In this document: one piece after another, positions 38,799 to 49,984 of the stretch | How positions within the stretch are numbered: the first letter of the stretch is position 1 | Layout: the number at the start of each line of letters is the position of its first letter | DNA from: Octopus sinensis | Taxonomy: Eukaryota | DNA: 64,000 bases | Reading direction: 5' to 3' | Assembly (NCBI RefSeq): GCF_006345805.1 | Contig: NC_043001.1 | Coordinates: 58,218,001 to 58,282,000, forward strand | The notes under the pieces: generated by a model | Seen by the model: only the letters and a program-made list of their open reading frames with translations | Told to the model about the DNA's origin: nothing | Database searches by the model: none | Made by a program: the position numbers and the translations under genes

Positions 38799-38919
38799 GG
38801 CGGGCTTCCGTCTAACAAATCCACTCACAAGGCTTTGGTTGGCTCGAGGTTATAGTAGAAGGCACTTGCCCAAGGTGCAACGCAGTGGGACTGACCTGGA
38901 ACCAGTGGTTGGTAAGCAA
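38592..38919 (-). mobile_element. SINE family 1, body and tail (split copy)
   Basis: Reverse complement of the family 1 body with an expanded internal (TA)n. It stops at ggtaagcaa, and the head resumes at 40997. Confidence 0.85.
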
Positions 38920-40996
38920 CCTTCTTTATTTCATAAAATTTATCATCATAGACAGTACAAAGAGTGTGTAGCTTTGTGGGCTGGACAAACACATTAATGA
39001 ATGAAAATGAAATAGAATGAATAAATGAGAGACGAAACCCAACACCCGCCGATTGGATTTTTCTCGAAAACATTTTCTTTTTTTAAAAATCCATATGAGG
39101 TTTCAAACCTCCTACAAGAAGGAGGCAGTAAAACCTCTTAATTAACATGTTTTTTTTAAACACACAATTGAGGTTATAAACCACTACAAATAATACTATA
39201 AGATGAGGTTTCAAACCCTATAACGAAAGTCTTTCACCTCCTACTCTTCGATATATCCATCGATATATTCATCATTATCTTCAATGCCGCTTTAGTTCCT
39301 GTATCCCGCCATTTCCTATGCCTCATTCATGTAGGACATGCAAGTCGTGTAAGGGCCACCCGGCCATATGCGACACCCCTCCTCAAATCCTTTAAGCCTT
39401 TCCCACAAGGGAAAACTTATGACCTCCACCGCTCTCTGTGGAGGCCATTCGGGATCCCGTGTGAAGGGCATATCTACTGTCTCTTTATGTTCTTCTACTA
39501 TTTTTTTACCTCCCCGCCCTTATAGAAAAAGATAATTAATTGATCATCTTTAAGGGTGGGGGTGGTTTCTTCCACCGTGGGTGGCACAACTTCGAGATAT
39601 GAAGACGGCACATCATCTCCCCGCTGAGATGGCCCGTTCTTCTTCCTTCTTTTTTTGTTTCCTTCCTGACTTCGGGAGAGTCGAGCTCTTCCGCTTTGTT
39701 CGGAGACCCTCTCCCGCCTCCTGAAGCCTTAGGTTCCTTCGGCGGGCAACTATTGTTGCCCGCCTTTTTCCTTTTTAATGAATTTTGAGTTGAGGAGGCT
39801 GAAGCCTCCTCGACCACATCTACCTCTCCCTTTGACCGGGTAGGGGAGGTGGCACCTAGTGACTGTTCCAGGACCTTACCATGGTCCTGGGGGCAGTTCC
39901 TTTTAATGTGGCCTGGCTGCAGGCACGAGTGACACTTGCGAGGACGTCCCTCAAGTATCACCGGATACCTGCAGCCAGCCATTTTCAAGAAATCTGGAAA
40001 AACCAGATCTGTTGCGGCCGATGGGGTCCACAGGGTCAAAATCGCTTTTGACCCTTCCCAATCGACCGCCGGCAATACCTTTACATTTAAGAGCCTGGGC
40101 TCGCCTTTCCCCAGTCTCCGTTGGATGGTATCTTGTTTCCAATCCGCTTCGGTGCCTGGGGGTAAACCCACATACCCAGGCTCGTATTAATTTTCTTCCA
40201 CAATATGACGGAAGGAACAGAATTTCCTTGCCTTCTAAAGGCTGACTTGCAAACGGGCGAGCCTTTTCCCCGTTGTCAAAAAGCAACCGTGCGGTTGCAT
40301 GTTTGACACCACGGGATATATATTTTAAAGAGGACAAATATTCTTTAAGTTCATTTTTTTATGACTTGTTTTGGGAAGACGGTAATGGAATTAAGAACTT
40401 TAGAATAAGTTCTAAGTACCATCGTCTTCTCCTCCATATCTTTTAACCACTGCTTAGGCGGATTAATTTCCCACTGTAAGACAGAGTTTTTTCTTTTTAA
40501 GTTCTTTCTCTGCCATGTCAAAAAAAAACCAGTTCAAAAGTAGTTCAAAAGACAATCTTCCAACAAATTAAACCAAATAAAAATAAAACAAAATAAAAGA
40601 GGGGAGGAAACTCAAATTAAAGTAATGAAAATAATGAACCAAAATTTAGAAAGAAAGAATAAATAGAAGGGAAATAATAAAAGAAAAACCTCACAAATAG
40701 CACAGACAGGGAATCCTTTGTATAATACTACCAAAAGATAATCCAAAAAGGTAATCCAAATGGCTTATTATTATTTTTCTGGCGAGATACGCCCACTAGA
40801 ATTTACAAAACGAAGTTTCAAGCAAATATTCTTAATTCACCGTTACGGTGATGAGAACCCAGTATTTTGCTCGCTATAGCGAGCCATAAATGACAAGTTT
40901 TCTTTTTATTCTTTTTTTCTATTCACGGAGCCGAAACTCACATCTTCTCACTGTAACAGTCCAGACCAACTAGTTTTGCATTCTGGTTAACAGGAA
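38920..40996 (-). mobile_element. ORF1-only non-LTR retroposon copy 3 (HAL1-like), 2077 bp with 8-bp TSD
   Basis: Broken ORF with SRGVKHATARLLF, LFLPSYCGRK and VILEGRPRKCHSCLQPGHIKRNC (intact CX2CX4HX4C). The 3' end is ...gAAATAAAgaag. GTAAGCAA is duplicated at 38912-38919 and 40997-41004. No endonuclease or RT seen. Confidence 0.8.
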
Positions 40997-41034
40997 GTAA
41001 GCAAGCCACTTACCACACAGCCACTCCTGCGCCT
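40997..41034 (-). mobile_element. SINE family 1 head (other half of the split copy)
   Basis: Reverse complement of aggcgcaggagtggctgtgtggtaagtggcttgcttac. Confidence 0.85.
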
Positions 41035-41083
41035 ATGTTTAACGTACTGATTTATTTAAGTTATTTATTCATCTAAACACACA

Positions 41084-41124
<41 letters not shown>

Positions 41125-41559
41125 ACTTGTCTGTCCCTGACTGAGAATGTGGCTGTCTACAGTTTCGCAAAATACATAATTACAAATTGTAGATAGCTTT
41201 AACTTTTTGGGTCTCATTCACTAATTTCTATAAGATATTTTAGTTTGGTTCCAGTAATTTATAGTCCCCTTGGCTGTCATTTTTTTTTTTATTTAATTCG
41301 TCTATATAAATATAACACGCAAAATAAAATGTCGTTTAAAGGAAATTTAATGAAAAATCTGAAGTCATATAATAACATATGATTGCGTTGGAGATAGACA
41401 TGAAAGTAAAAAGCTATGAGGCAAAATTTCACAATGCAAGATATAAGCGAAGGTGAATGGTAATATTTACCTGTAAATATGTATCACTGGAAGATTTAAA
41501 TATTACCGAAGTAGAAAAGACATTAGCATGTTTACGATAGCATATATTAGCGCGCAAAA

Positions 41560-42185
41560 CAGATGACAGTACACGGTTGCGTGCGCAATGAGAGCTAGCA
41601 GTTACATTTTTGAGGCAGTGGGCTGAATGCCGTCACCGAGTTTACTTCACAAATGACGCAAGACTGGGGTGTCATTGCCGAGTCTAATGTCTGGGAGGTG
41701 TTCCGCGAACCGGTCAGCCAAGTGGCGTCCCGTTTGACCGATGTTCAGAGAAGAACAGGAAGAGGAGGAGATGGAGTAAATGACGTTGCTAGAAATGCAT
41801 GTAAAGGAGTCAGTGATATGAATGAGACGATGATGGGTGCCTGGGATGTTGGTAGTGTGGGAGAGGTAGGCAGCGTGGGCGGGATCAGGCGAACGAGCTA
41901 GTTTGGGAGTTGGGCTTAGGGAAGAAACTGTGGACCAGAAGGATGTGGGCTCGTTTGAAGGAAGGAATGGGTAGGTTGAGGAAGATAGGTGCAGTGGAGG
42001 GGTCGGACTGGAGTCGCCTGAAGGCTCGGAGAATGATGCGTTGGAAAGGCAGGGTGGAGGAGTGGTAGGTGAGGGGAAACGTGTAACAGTGCGGTGAGTT
42101 CGGGGAGAGAGAGCAGAGGCACAGTCTATGGAAAGTGCTCTGGCAAGGGCGGTGTGGATAGTGGTGAGGGGATAAGTGAAAATAT
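41560..42185 (-). mobile_element. Penelope-like element, RT-linker and GIY-YIG endonuclease fragment
   Basis: Minus frames give FPLTYHSSTLPFQRIILRAFRRLQSDPST..IF and TCISSNVIYSIS...NIGQTGRHLADRFAEHL. Confidence 0.85.
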
Positions 42186-43040
42186 GCGCATGATTTCAAT
42201 AAAATCAACAGATAATATGGCTGTTATACTCTTGGTACTGAAGTTAGTAATCTGCTAACTTCAGGGGAACCCATGACAGAATATTGTAGCACACAAATTT
42301 CTATTGCTTGGATCAGGCTTCATTAATTATTCAAACTTATGATCAAAGGATTTTGAATCATAATTGAACACCCCTTACGTTTTTCACTCATGTTACATCC
42401 AGGAACAAATTAGTTACATGAAAATTCGCATGTTGTATTTTACGACTGTTGCTTAGTCTAAGAGAAACGAAATCAAAGTAGGCATATACCACAAATCGTT
42501 CCAGAGGTTACAAATAAGCTAGCACTAGATCACATGGAGATATATTTGCAATTCTTCACTGATATGTTCCTTGTGGGTATATGCTATTGTTTTACATTAT
42601 TTTCACCGGCTATGTATACCTTACGTGTGAGGAATATCAGCATTCTTAAACCAAATTCCTTTCCATGATGAATTATAAACCTATTTAGAATTATTAATCT
42701 AACGTACTGCACCACGTTTTTGAAGATGCAGTTTTTACAATTTTATGAAAATATCAACTTGATCAGTATTCCGTGTAAGAATTGTTAAATTCCAAATGCC
42801 AGTTTTATCAAATACCTATGTGGAATTTATTGTTTACAAAATTAGGCACTTAACTAGTGTATTTCCTCACATATGTTATAACAAAACGGTTAAACATTCT
42901 TTGGACTACATATTTTTGAATAATTACAAATAAAGTATGGAAGACATGACGTGCAAATTAGAGTGAAAACCTCCAAACTTGTATTAAATATTATTCATTT
43001 TCTTTCAGTCATGCTGCGAATTCTAGCCTAATAACAGATA

Positions 43041-43042
<2 letters not shown>

Positions 43043-43104
<62 letters not shown>
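43043..43104. repeat. (TA)n microsatellite
   Basis: Long pure TA run. Confidence 0.95.
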
Positions 43105-43106
<2 letters not shown>

Positions 43107-43319
43107 CCTCATTTTGTAAGTTTCTCTCGATTCAGTAATACAGATATACTAAATTCGAGTGAGAACGTGATGTTCATGGTTCTACGTTCCATTGCAGCTT
43201 GACACCAACAAAAATATCACCATATATTCATATTACTCATAAAAATGTAGCCATTACAATTTTCAATATACACACGCACACACACGCATTACATAATTAA
43301 AAACAACACTTCAATCACA

Positions 43320-44200
43320 ACTGATATTTATGAAAAAAGCACAGAGACACACCAGTTATTACATTTCAAATCATGCCACAAAACGCAAAATTCAGTTCTT
43401 TCTAGCCAGGAAAATTTGTAGCATATTATATAATCCAAATACTATGAAATTATAGAATACTTATTGAACTCAAAGTATTTCTGTTCAGGCAAACTTACCC
43501 TCTCGTACTTATAGAAAATAGTATATAACGAGCAAAAAAAAAAAGACTATAGAGCAACTTAGGTCAACACGAGATTGACGAATCCAAAAACAGCACACAA
43601 TGCCATTTAGTAACAAACAATCCGAACAACCAAAGGATTCTGAACATCATCAAAACGAATTTTCCCATCATGAAACAGAGGAAAAAAAAACAAAAAAAAC
43701 ATAATAACTAATCAAATACTTATCTTAAGTGAAAGGCAACCACATAACCTAAAGAAACTATTAACAAAGGCAAAATCAAACATGAACAAACAGGATAAAA
43801 CATTCACAATAGCCAAATTTAACGATAACAGATGAGTAACATGTCAATACATGCATACTGGTAAATATATTAGAACAAAATATGGACAGATTTTCGCAAA
43901 GGCGACTACGAACTGCAAAGTAGAAATTTGATCTACTGCATTAAATGCCCAATTTGCGAGGAGCTATATATTCGCGAGACAAGGAATGCATTATCGGAAC
44001 GCTCACAAGTCCACAGACATGAAATCCGAATAACCTGTGTTCTCCAAATTCCATTGAGTCGACTAATAGAATCATGTCGTCAGAAAATTATTCTAATTTT
44101 TCCTTTCTAAAAACTACATGACACTGTAGCAAGAAGAAATATTAAAGAAAAACAGTTTCTTAAAAAGTTCCAACCTGCTCTGAATGGAAATACCAACAAT
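43320..44200 (+). mobile_element. Penelope-like element, RT C-terminus and GIY-YIG fragment
   Basis: Plus frames give TDIYEKSTETHQLLHFKSCH, RQPHNLKKLLTKAK, LIYCIKCPICEELYIRET...ER..VH and KEKQFLKKFQPALN. Confidence 0.8.
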
Positions 44201-44747
44201 AATATAACAACCAGTTAATGATGTGTAGGAAAAAATATCTCGAACATATAAACAAATTACAGAAGACTCCCATCAACTGAAATAAAAACGCTCATAAAAC
44301 CACTACATATAAACCGCAAGGTAATTGGTTAAAATAAAGTTGGGATCTATGCCAGTAATATCGGCATGCCCGGCAAACCGTGACTTTTAAGCTGCATTGG
44401 GATTGGTCAAAACCATAGTCCAAACGTTGGGCTTCTTGGAGCCTTCTTAGTGGTACAAAAAAGAAGTCACTAATTTTACTATAGTTGTCAACGGCTCAAC
44501 TGTCAATTAAAATCATTTTGAAATTTGATGATTACTACGAAAGTATGAAAGCACTAATTGAACTTTATGAACATTACGCGATATTTTTTGTTTTAATGTT
44601 TAAAACACTTCAACATTGTGAAAAAGGTTATGTTTTTTTTATTAAAATACCATAAACGTGAAAATCAGACCATGTTTTAACTTTATATAACTGATAATAT
44701 ATCAGTTCAATTTACACAGATTCTATACATATTTACACAAGTTCTGA

Positions 44748-44749
44748 AT

Positions 44750-44844
<95 letters not shown>

Positions 44845-44845
44845 T
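44748..44845. repeat. (TA)n microsatellite
   Basis: Long, nearly pure TA run. Confidence 0.95.
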
Positions 44846-46841
44846 TACATTTTCCATTCGTAGAATGTTGCATGGTCATCCTGAAATTTACTTATTACGA
44901 GACATTGCTATAATTTCTCTTAGATATTGACTGCATATAAACACATCTCATAAGCATATAAGGTATTTGTATTGAAACAATTGTTCTTTGAGCCTGTATG
45001 ATGTCCTGCTGCCGGTTGTTAATTGGGTGATATATATAAAATCTCTAATTAGCTAATTGGCTGAGGTATGAAAATCAATAATGACTATAATCATAACACT
45101 GTAACTTCTAGTTATGTGGTAAGTACCGCTTCTAAGCCTCAATCACTCAATCAATATACCTGAACCGAAAGAAAAGAAAATTAATTCTTCTCGAACATTT
45201 CATTAACTAAACTAGGCTTTTGAAACCAATTATAACATTCAATGTCAAATCTGTTGCACAAATTTTACAAATGGAATAGCAGATTTTGAAATCTTCTTAT
45301 CCTGGAATATGACTAACATTAAAATATGACATAAGCACAGGCTGTGTTTAGTATTTGTATTTTCTGTTTAACTATTAAGGAGTTAGCTAAATATTTGTAT
45401 AAATGGTGTCAACATGTTAGTGCGATAACTGTAGAACTACCACACTCAAGCGATACGTTGACTTTAAATAAATTGCTTGTATTTGTTTAACGTGTGTGTA
45501 TTTTGGATGACGTAAAATGAAATAACACATTTCTGTGTACTGTAATTTCGTCTTCATCTCATTTGAGAAAATTCACTTCATTATATTTGCAGTTATAGCT
45601 AAAAGAAAAGACGACACAGCATTATCACCAACTAGAACAATAGCCACAGATATAAACTAAATAAAAACGTCTATCATTCACAGAATATCAAGCAAATTCA
45701 CCGTCTACAAACTTCTTAAGCCTTTGAAATCTTCTGATCAGATTAATGTCGTGCAGAATTTTATACACAACCGGATTCCTGTTTCACTTGTTCACAAGAT
45801 TTTCCACGAAATCAAGCCATAATCCAGTTGAATATAACACACATTAGTATTTCAAACATTTTCTTCACAAATTACCTTTAATATATTATCAATAGTCAAT
45901 GAGACCTGCTTTATGATTATATTGTATTAAGGTAACATTCAACTGCATTCTAAACAATTTTAATGCTGTAATACGTTGATAATTATTTGTTACCTTTTGT
46001 ATTATTGAATTATATTTTAATGGCATTTGTTACTCTTAAAAAGCACTATTTTTTCCATTTTTGTTTTAAATTAAGTCATTCTAATTCTCAAGATCTTTTC
46101 GTGTGGCTAAGAATGATGGAAAAGCAGTCAGAATACAACTCATCTTTTAGCAGAGTATATTCATCCTTGCTCTAAAAATATTTTTCGCGTGCATCCACTT
46201 CCACAGGATTTTGCTTATTTTTTGGTCATTAAATATTCAAATATCAAGCGTGGAAATCCGTGCATTCATAAATATTACTACGTCCATCATTGCTTTTAGT
46301 TTTCTCAAACGTTTAACAGACCTATGAAACTATCATAGAGTGAATCATATATTCTCCACAAATGACACATCTAGTTGAAACCCACATAGTAACATACTCC
46401 GTGCCTATTGCCATAGACCCTAGTCCCCCGAGTGAAAATATTTGGGTGGAATATTCTGAAGAACATCATCAAGTAAAGGTTATGTTCATAATTTTACAGT
46501 TGAATGGCAATTGATGCGAAGGAGTCCAGTTAAAAAAGACAATACATGATAAAATATAAGGCCTATCAATCTCATAAATTGAAAATTAATTCTTTTACTC
46601 GCCTGTAACCTGGATGAGTGTTGGTGTATAATAGATTGTGATGTAAAAACTTGCTTTTATCCAGTGAACGGCACCAATATCTTGTAATCATTTACCTATG
46701 CTAAGTAGAGAAGTCGGCACAATCCACCGTCTGAAAAATGGGACGCGTTACATAATAGTCCCTTCTTTTTAAATGCGTAAAAATCATTGCCGAAAAGCCT
46801 GTCAAAATTGATTAGCTAGGTTTCTATAGAACTGATGAGGG

Positions 46842-46920
<79 letters not shown>

Positions 46921-46935
46921 ACCACCTGCTGCTGC
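46842..46935. repeat. (CTA)n microsatellite
   Basis: Visible run adjoining the SINE array tail. Confidence 0.95.
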
Positions 46936-46963
46936 TATTAATGCTACTTGTACTTCTATAACT

Positions 46964-47727
46964 ATTCTTTTCTACTCTAGGCACAAGACCCAAAATTTTG
47001 GGGGAGGAGCCAGTCTATTAGATGAACTCTAGTACGCAACTGGTACTTAATTTATCGAGCCCGATAAGATGAAAAGCAAAGTCGACGTCGGCGGAATTTG
47101 AACTCAGAACCTAAAGAACGTCGAAATACCTATTTCTTTACTACCCACAAGGGGCTAAACACAGAAGGGACAAACAAGGAGAGACAAACGGATTAAGTCG
47201 ATTATATCGACCCTAGTGCGTAACTGGTACTTATTTAATCGACCTCGAAAGGATGAAAGGCAAAGTCGACCTCGGCGGAATTTTGACTCAGAACGTAGCG
47301 GCAGTCGAAATACCTATTTCTTTTCTACCCACAAGAGGCTAGACACAGAGGGGACAAACAAGGACAGACAAACGGATAAAGTCGATTATATCGAACCCGG
47401 TGCGTAACTGGTACTTAATTTATCGACCCCGAAAGATGGAAAGGCATAGTCGACCTCGGCGGAATTTGAACTCAGAACGTAGCGGCAGTCGAAATACCTA
47501 TTTCTTTTCTACCCACAAGAGGCTAAACACAGAGGGGACAAACAAGGACAGACAAACGGATAAAGTCGATTATATCGAACCCAGTGCGTAACTGGTACTT
47601 AATTTATCGACCCCGAAAGGATGAAAGGCAAAGTCGACCTCGGCGGAATTTGAACTGAGAACGTAACGGCAGTCGAAATACCGCTTATAATTTCGATTGG
47701 CGTGCTAAATTTTCTCTCAGGTCACTG
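46964..47727 (-). repeat. Tandem array of SINE family 2: one head plus about 3.6 x 184-bp units
   Basis: tggtactt recurs at 47041, 47225, 47409 and 47593. Each unit has the B-box GTTCAAATTCC or a variant on the minus strand, and the tRNA-like head occurs only once (about 47690-47727). Confidence 0.9.
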
Positions 47728-47729
47728 AC

Positions 47730-47876
47730 TTTTACTGCTTTTACTACGACTACTGCAAACACCGCCACCAGCACCAGCACTACCACGACTACTGCTGCTA
47801 CTCCTCCCCCTCCTACTCCTCCCCTCCCCTACTCCCCCTCTTCCTCCTCCTCTTCTTCCTACTGCTGCTGCTGCTA

Positions 47877-47931
<55 letters not shown>

Positions 47932-47935
47932 CAGT
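47730..47935. repeat. Degenerate (CTN)n / (CTA)n low-complexity repeat
   Basis: Visible trinucleotide runs. Confidence 0.9.
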
Positions 47936-48368
47936 TCCTTGAAAAAACAAACTCTGTTATTCATATGGAATCACATATGCAGTCTATGGAAATAATATAG
48001 CTCTTTAATTCAATGCTATCACAAACGTCAATACCTACTTCAAAGCGTTGAGGAAACTGTGAAAAGGAACAGACTACATGCCAAAGATTATAAGCCTCAA
48101 TTTATGGTTTTCGAGCAAGAATATGGTGACGTTGGACAATAAAAGATTGCCACCTTGAAAAGTGTGCTTTTAAATGTTTCAGGAAGTTGACAGACCACTC
48201 AAATACAGTAGGAGACTGGAGAAAGAGAGAGAGAGAGAGAGAGAGTGAGAGAGAGAGAGTGGGTGATGAAGGGAGTGAGAGAGAAAGATAGAAGAACAAG
48301 GTCAAATAAGTAAGAATTGCAATGGCATGATGAACAACGAAGAAGATTCTGTAAAGAAATAAACAAAT

Positions 48369-48691
48369 GGCGCAGGAGTGGCTGTGCGGTAGCAAGCTTG
48401 CTTATCAACCACATCGATCGGGTTTAGTCCAACTGCATGGCACCTTGGGTAAGTGTTTTCTACTATATATATATATGTGTGTGTGTTTGTCTGTGTTTGT
48501 CCCACCATCATCGCTTGACGACCGGTGTTGGCGTGCCTTCGACTCCGTAACTTAACGGTTTGGTAAAAGAGCCCGACAGAATAAGTACTTGGCTTACAAA
48601 GAATAAGTCCTGGGGTCTATTTGTTCGACTAAATGCGGTGCTCCAGTTTGGCCACAGATAAATGAGTGAAACAAATAAAAGAATAAAAGAA
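48369..48691 (+). mobile_element. tRNA-derived SINE, family 1 (internal deletion)
   Basis: ggcgcaggagtggctgtgcggtagc head and gcggtgctccag...gaaacaaataaaagaataaaag tail. Confidence 0.9.
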
Positions 48692-48816
48692 AAATGTATC
48701 AAAAATCCTTAAACAATGAATATTTTAGCGTTGCATATAAAGTATATTGGATACAAGGATCTCAAAAATGGATATTTGCGAATACAGTAAATACAAAGCG
48801 TGCTAAATTTAATGTA

Positions 48817-49704
48817 TTGGGTCATTCCATAAATAATGCCGGTTTCTTATACTTCGTTTATTTCTAATACTTCGTTTTTCAAAATGAAGACAAATAAAGT
48901 TATTTTTTAATTTAAAATATATTCCCCTTAATTTTCTACAATGTTCTTCCATCTATCGGCTAGACATGACGGAATATACTCCTCCAGTACCGTTCTGATC
49001 CCGTCTACAGAACTCATATTTTTTCTGCCGAAATGATTTTGAAATAAATGAAATCAGATGGAGCAATATCCACCGAATACGTTGGCTGGAGCATCGTTTC
49101 CCATTCAAACTACTCCGGCCTTTGGGATGTCATTCTCGCTGTATGAGGACGAGCATTATCCTGATGGGTGTACACTTTCCGTCTTGAAACTAAAGATCGT
49201 TGTTTACAAGTGTCGATGAACGGTCGAATGATCAAATCCAAGCTTCTTTGCTACTTCCACATGTACGTTGAGATTTTATTCCACCAGGGTTTGCAGGACG
49301 TCCTCGTCGAGCTCTGCAGATCTTCCACGATGTGGCTTGTCTTCTAGGCTGTAGTTTCCGGCTTTGAATTTCTGGAACCACAGTAGACACTGGCTTATGC
49401 TTATTGTCTGATCCTTACATATTGCATTAATATTCCTCGCACTTTTCGTTGCGTCGTTGCCTTTATTAAACTCATGAAGCAAGATATGCCGAATATGCTC
49501 CTTTGTCACTTTCATTATAGCTTCGAAACAATAACTGTTAAAATTGGACTGCACTTTTCAAAACTTGGACTAAGAAATGGATAAAATATAAGTTAGAATT
49601 ACTACCTACTTTTATAGCAAGTTGATGCAGGTTGTTTAATTTATCCCATTCCGACTTTCAATTCATGTAATTGAAAAATCCGCATTATTTATAGGATGAC
49701 CCAA
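48817..49704 (-). mobile_element. Mariner element, internally deleted, both TIRs present (888 bp)
   Basis: TIRs ttgggtcattccataaataatgc and gcattatttataggatgacccaa. Translation gives MKVTKEHIRHILLHEFNKGN...WFQKFKAGNYSLEDKPHRGR, then HQDNARPHTA and YSVDIAPSD, with the WVPHEL and first-Asp region missing. Confidence 0.9.
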
Positions 49705-49833
49705 CATATCAAGTTGATAAGCAGAAGGGTAAATTTTCTAAGAGCAATTTTTATCGAACTACCTATAATGTGCGTATATGTACATATGTTTTATTGGGGA
49801 TAGGCTGCGCGCATGTGTGTGAGTGAATGTATG

Positions 49834-49910
<77 letters not shown>

Positions 49911-49984
49911 TAGTAGCTTCCAAAATATAATGGTCAGTAAAAACAAAGGTATTCAAATAGTTATAGAAGATTAACAACACGTTG

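Noticed and set aside
39536-40171. Intact or domesticated gag-like host gene
   Set aside because: The ORF is frameshifted relative to its upstream part (39951-40337), has downstream stops and lies within a TSD-bounded insertion.
42238-42264. Perfect 10-bp hairpin ctgaagttag/ctaacttcag
   Set aside because: It is real but isolated. One such hairpin is not surprising in 64 kb, and no function is supportable.
47216-47591. Two near-identical 63-aa ORFs (MRNWY...)
   Set aside because: They are antisense readings of the SINE tandem units.
47041-47690. CRISPR-like or retrozyme array
   Set aside because: The units are contiguous 184-bp SINE copies without unique spacers, and there is no CTGANGA/GAAA hammerhead core on either strand.
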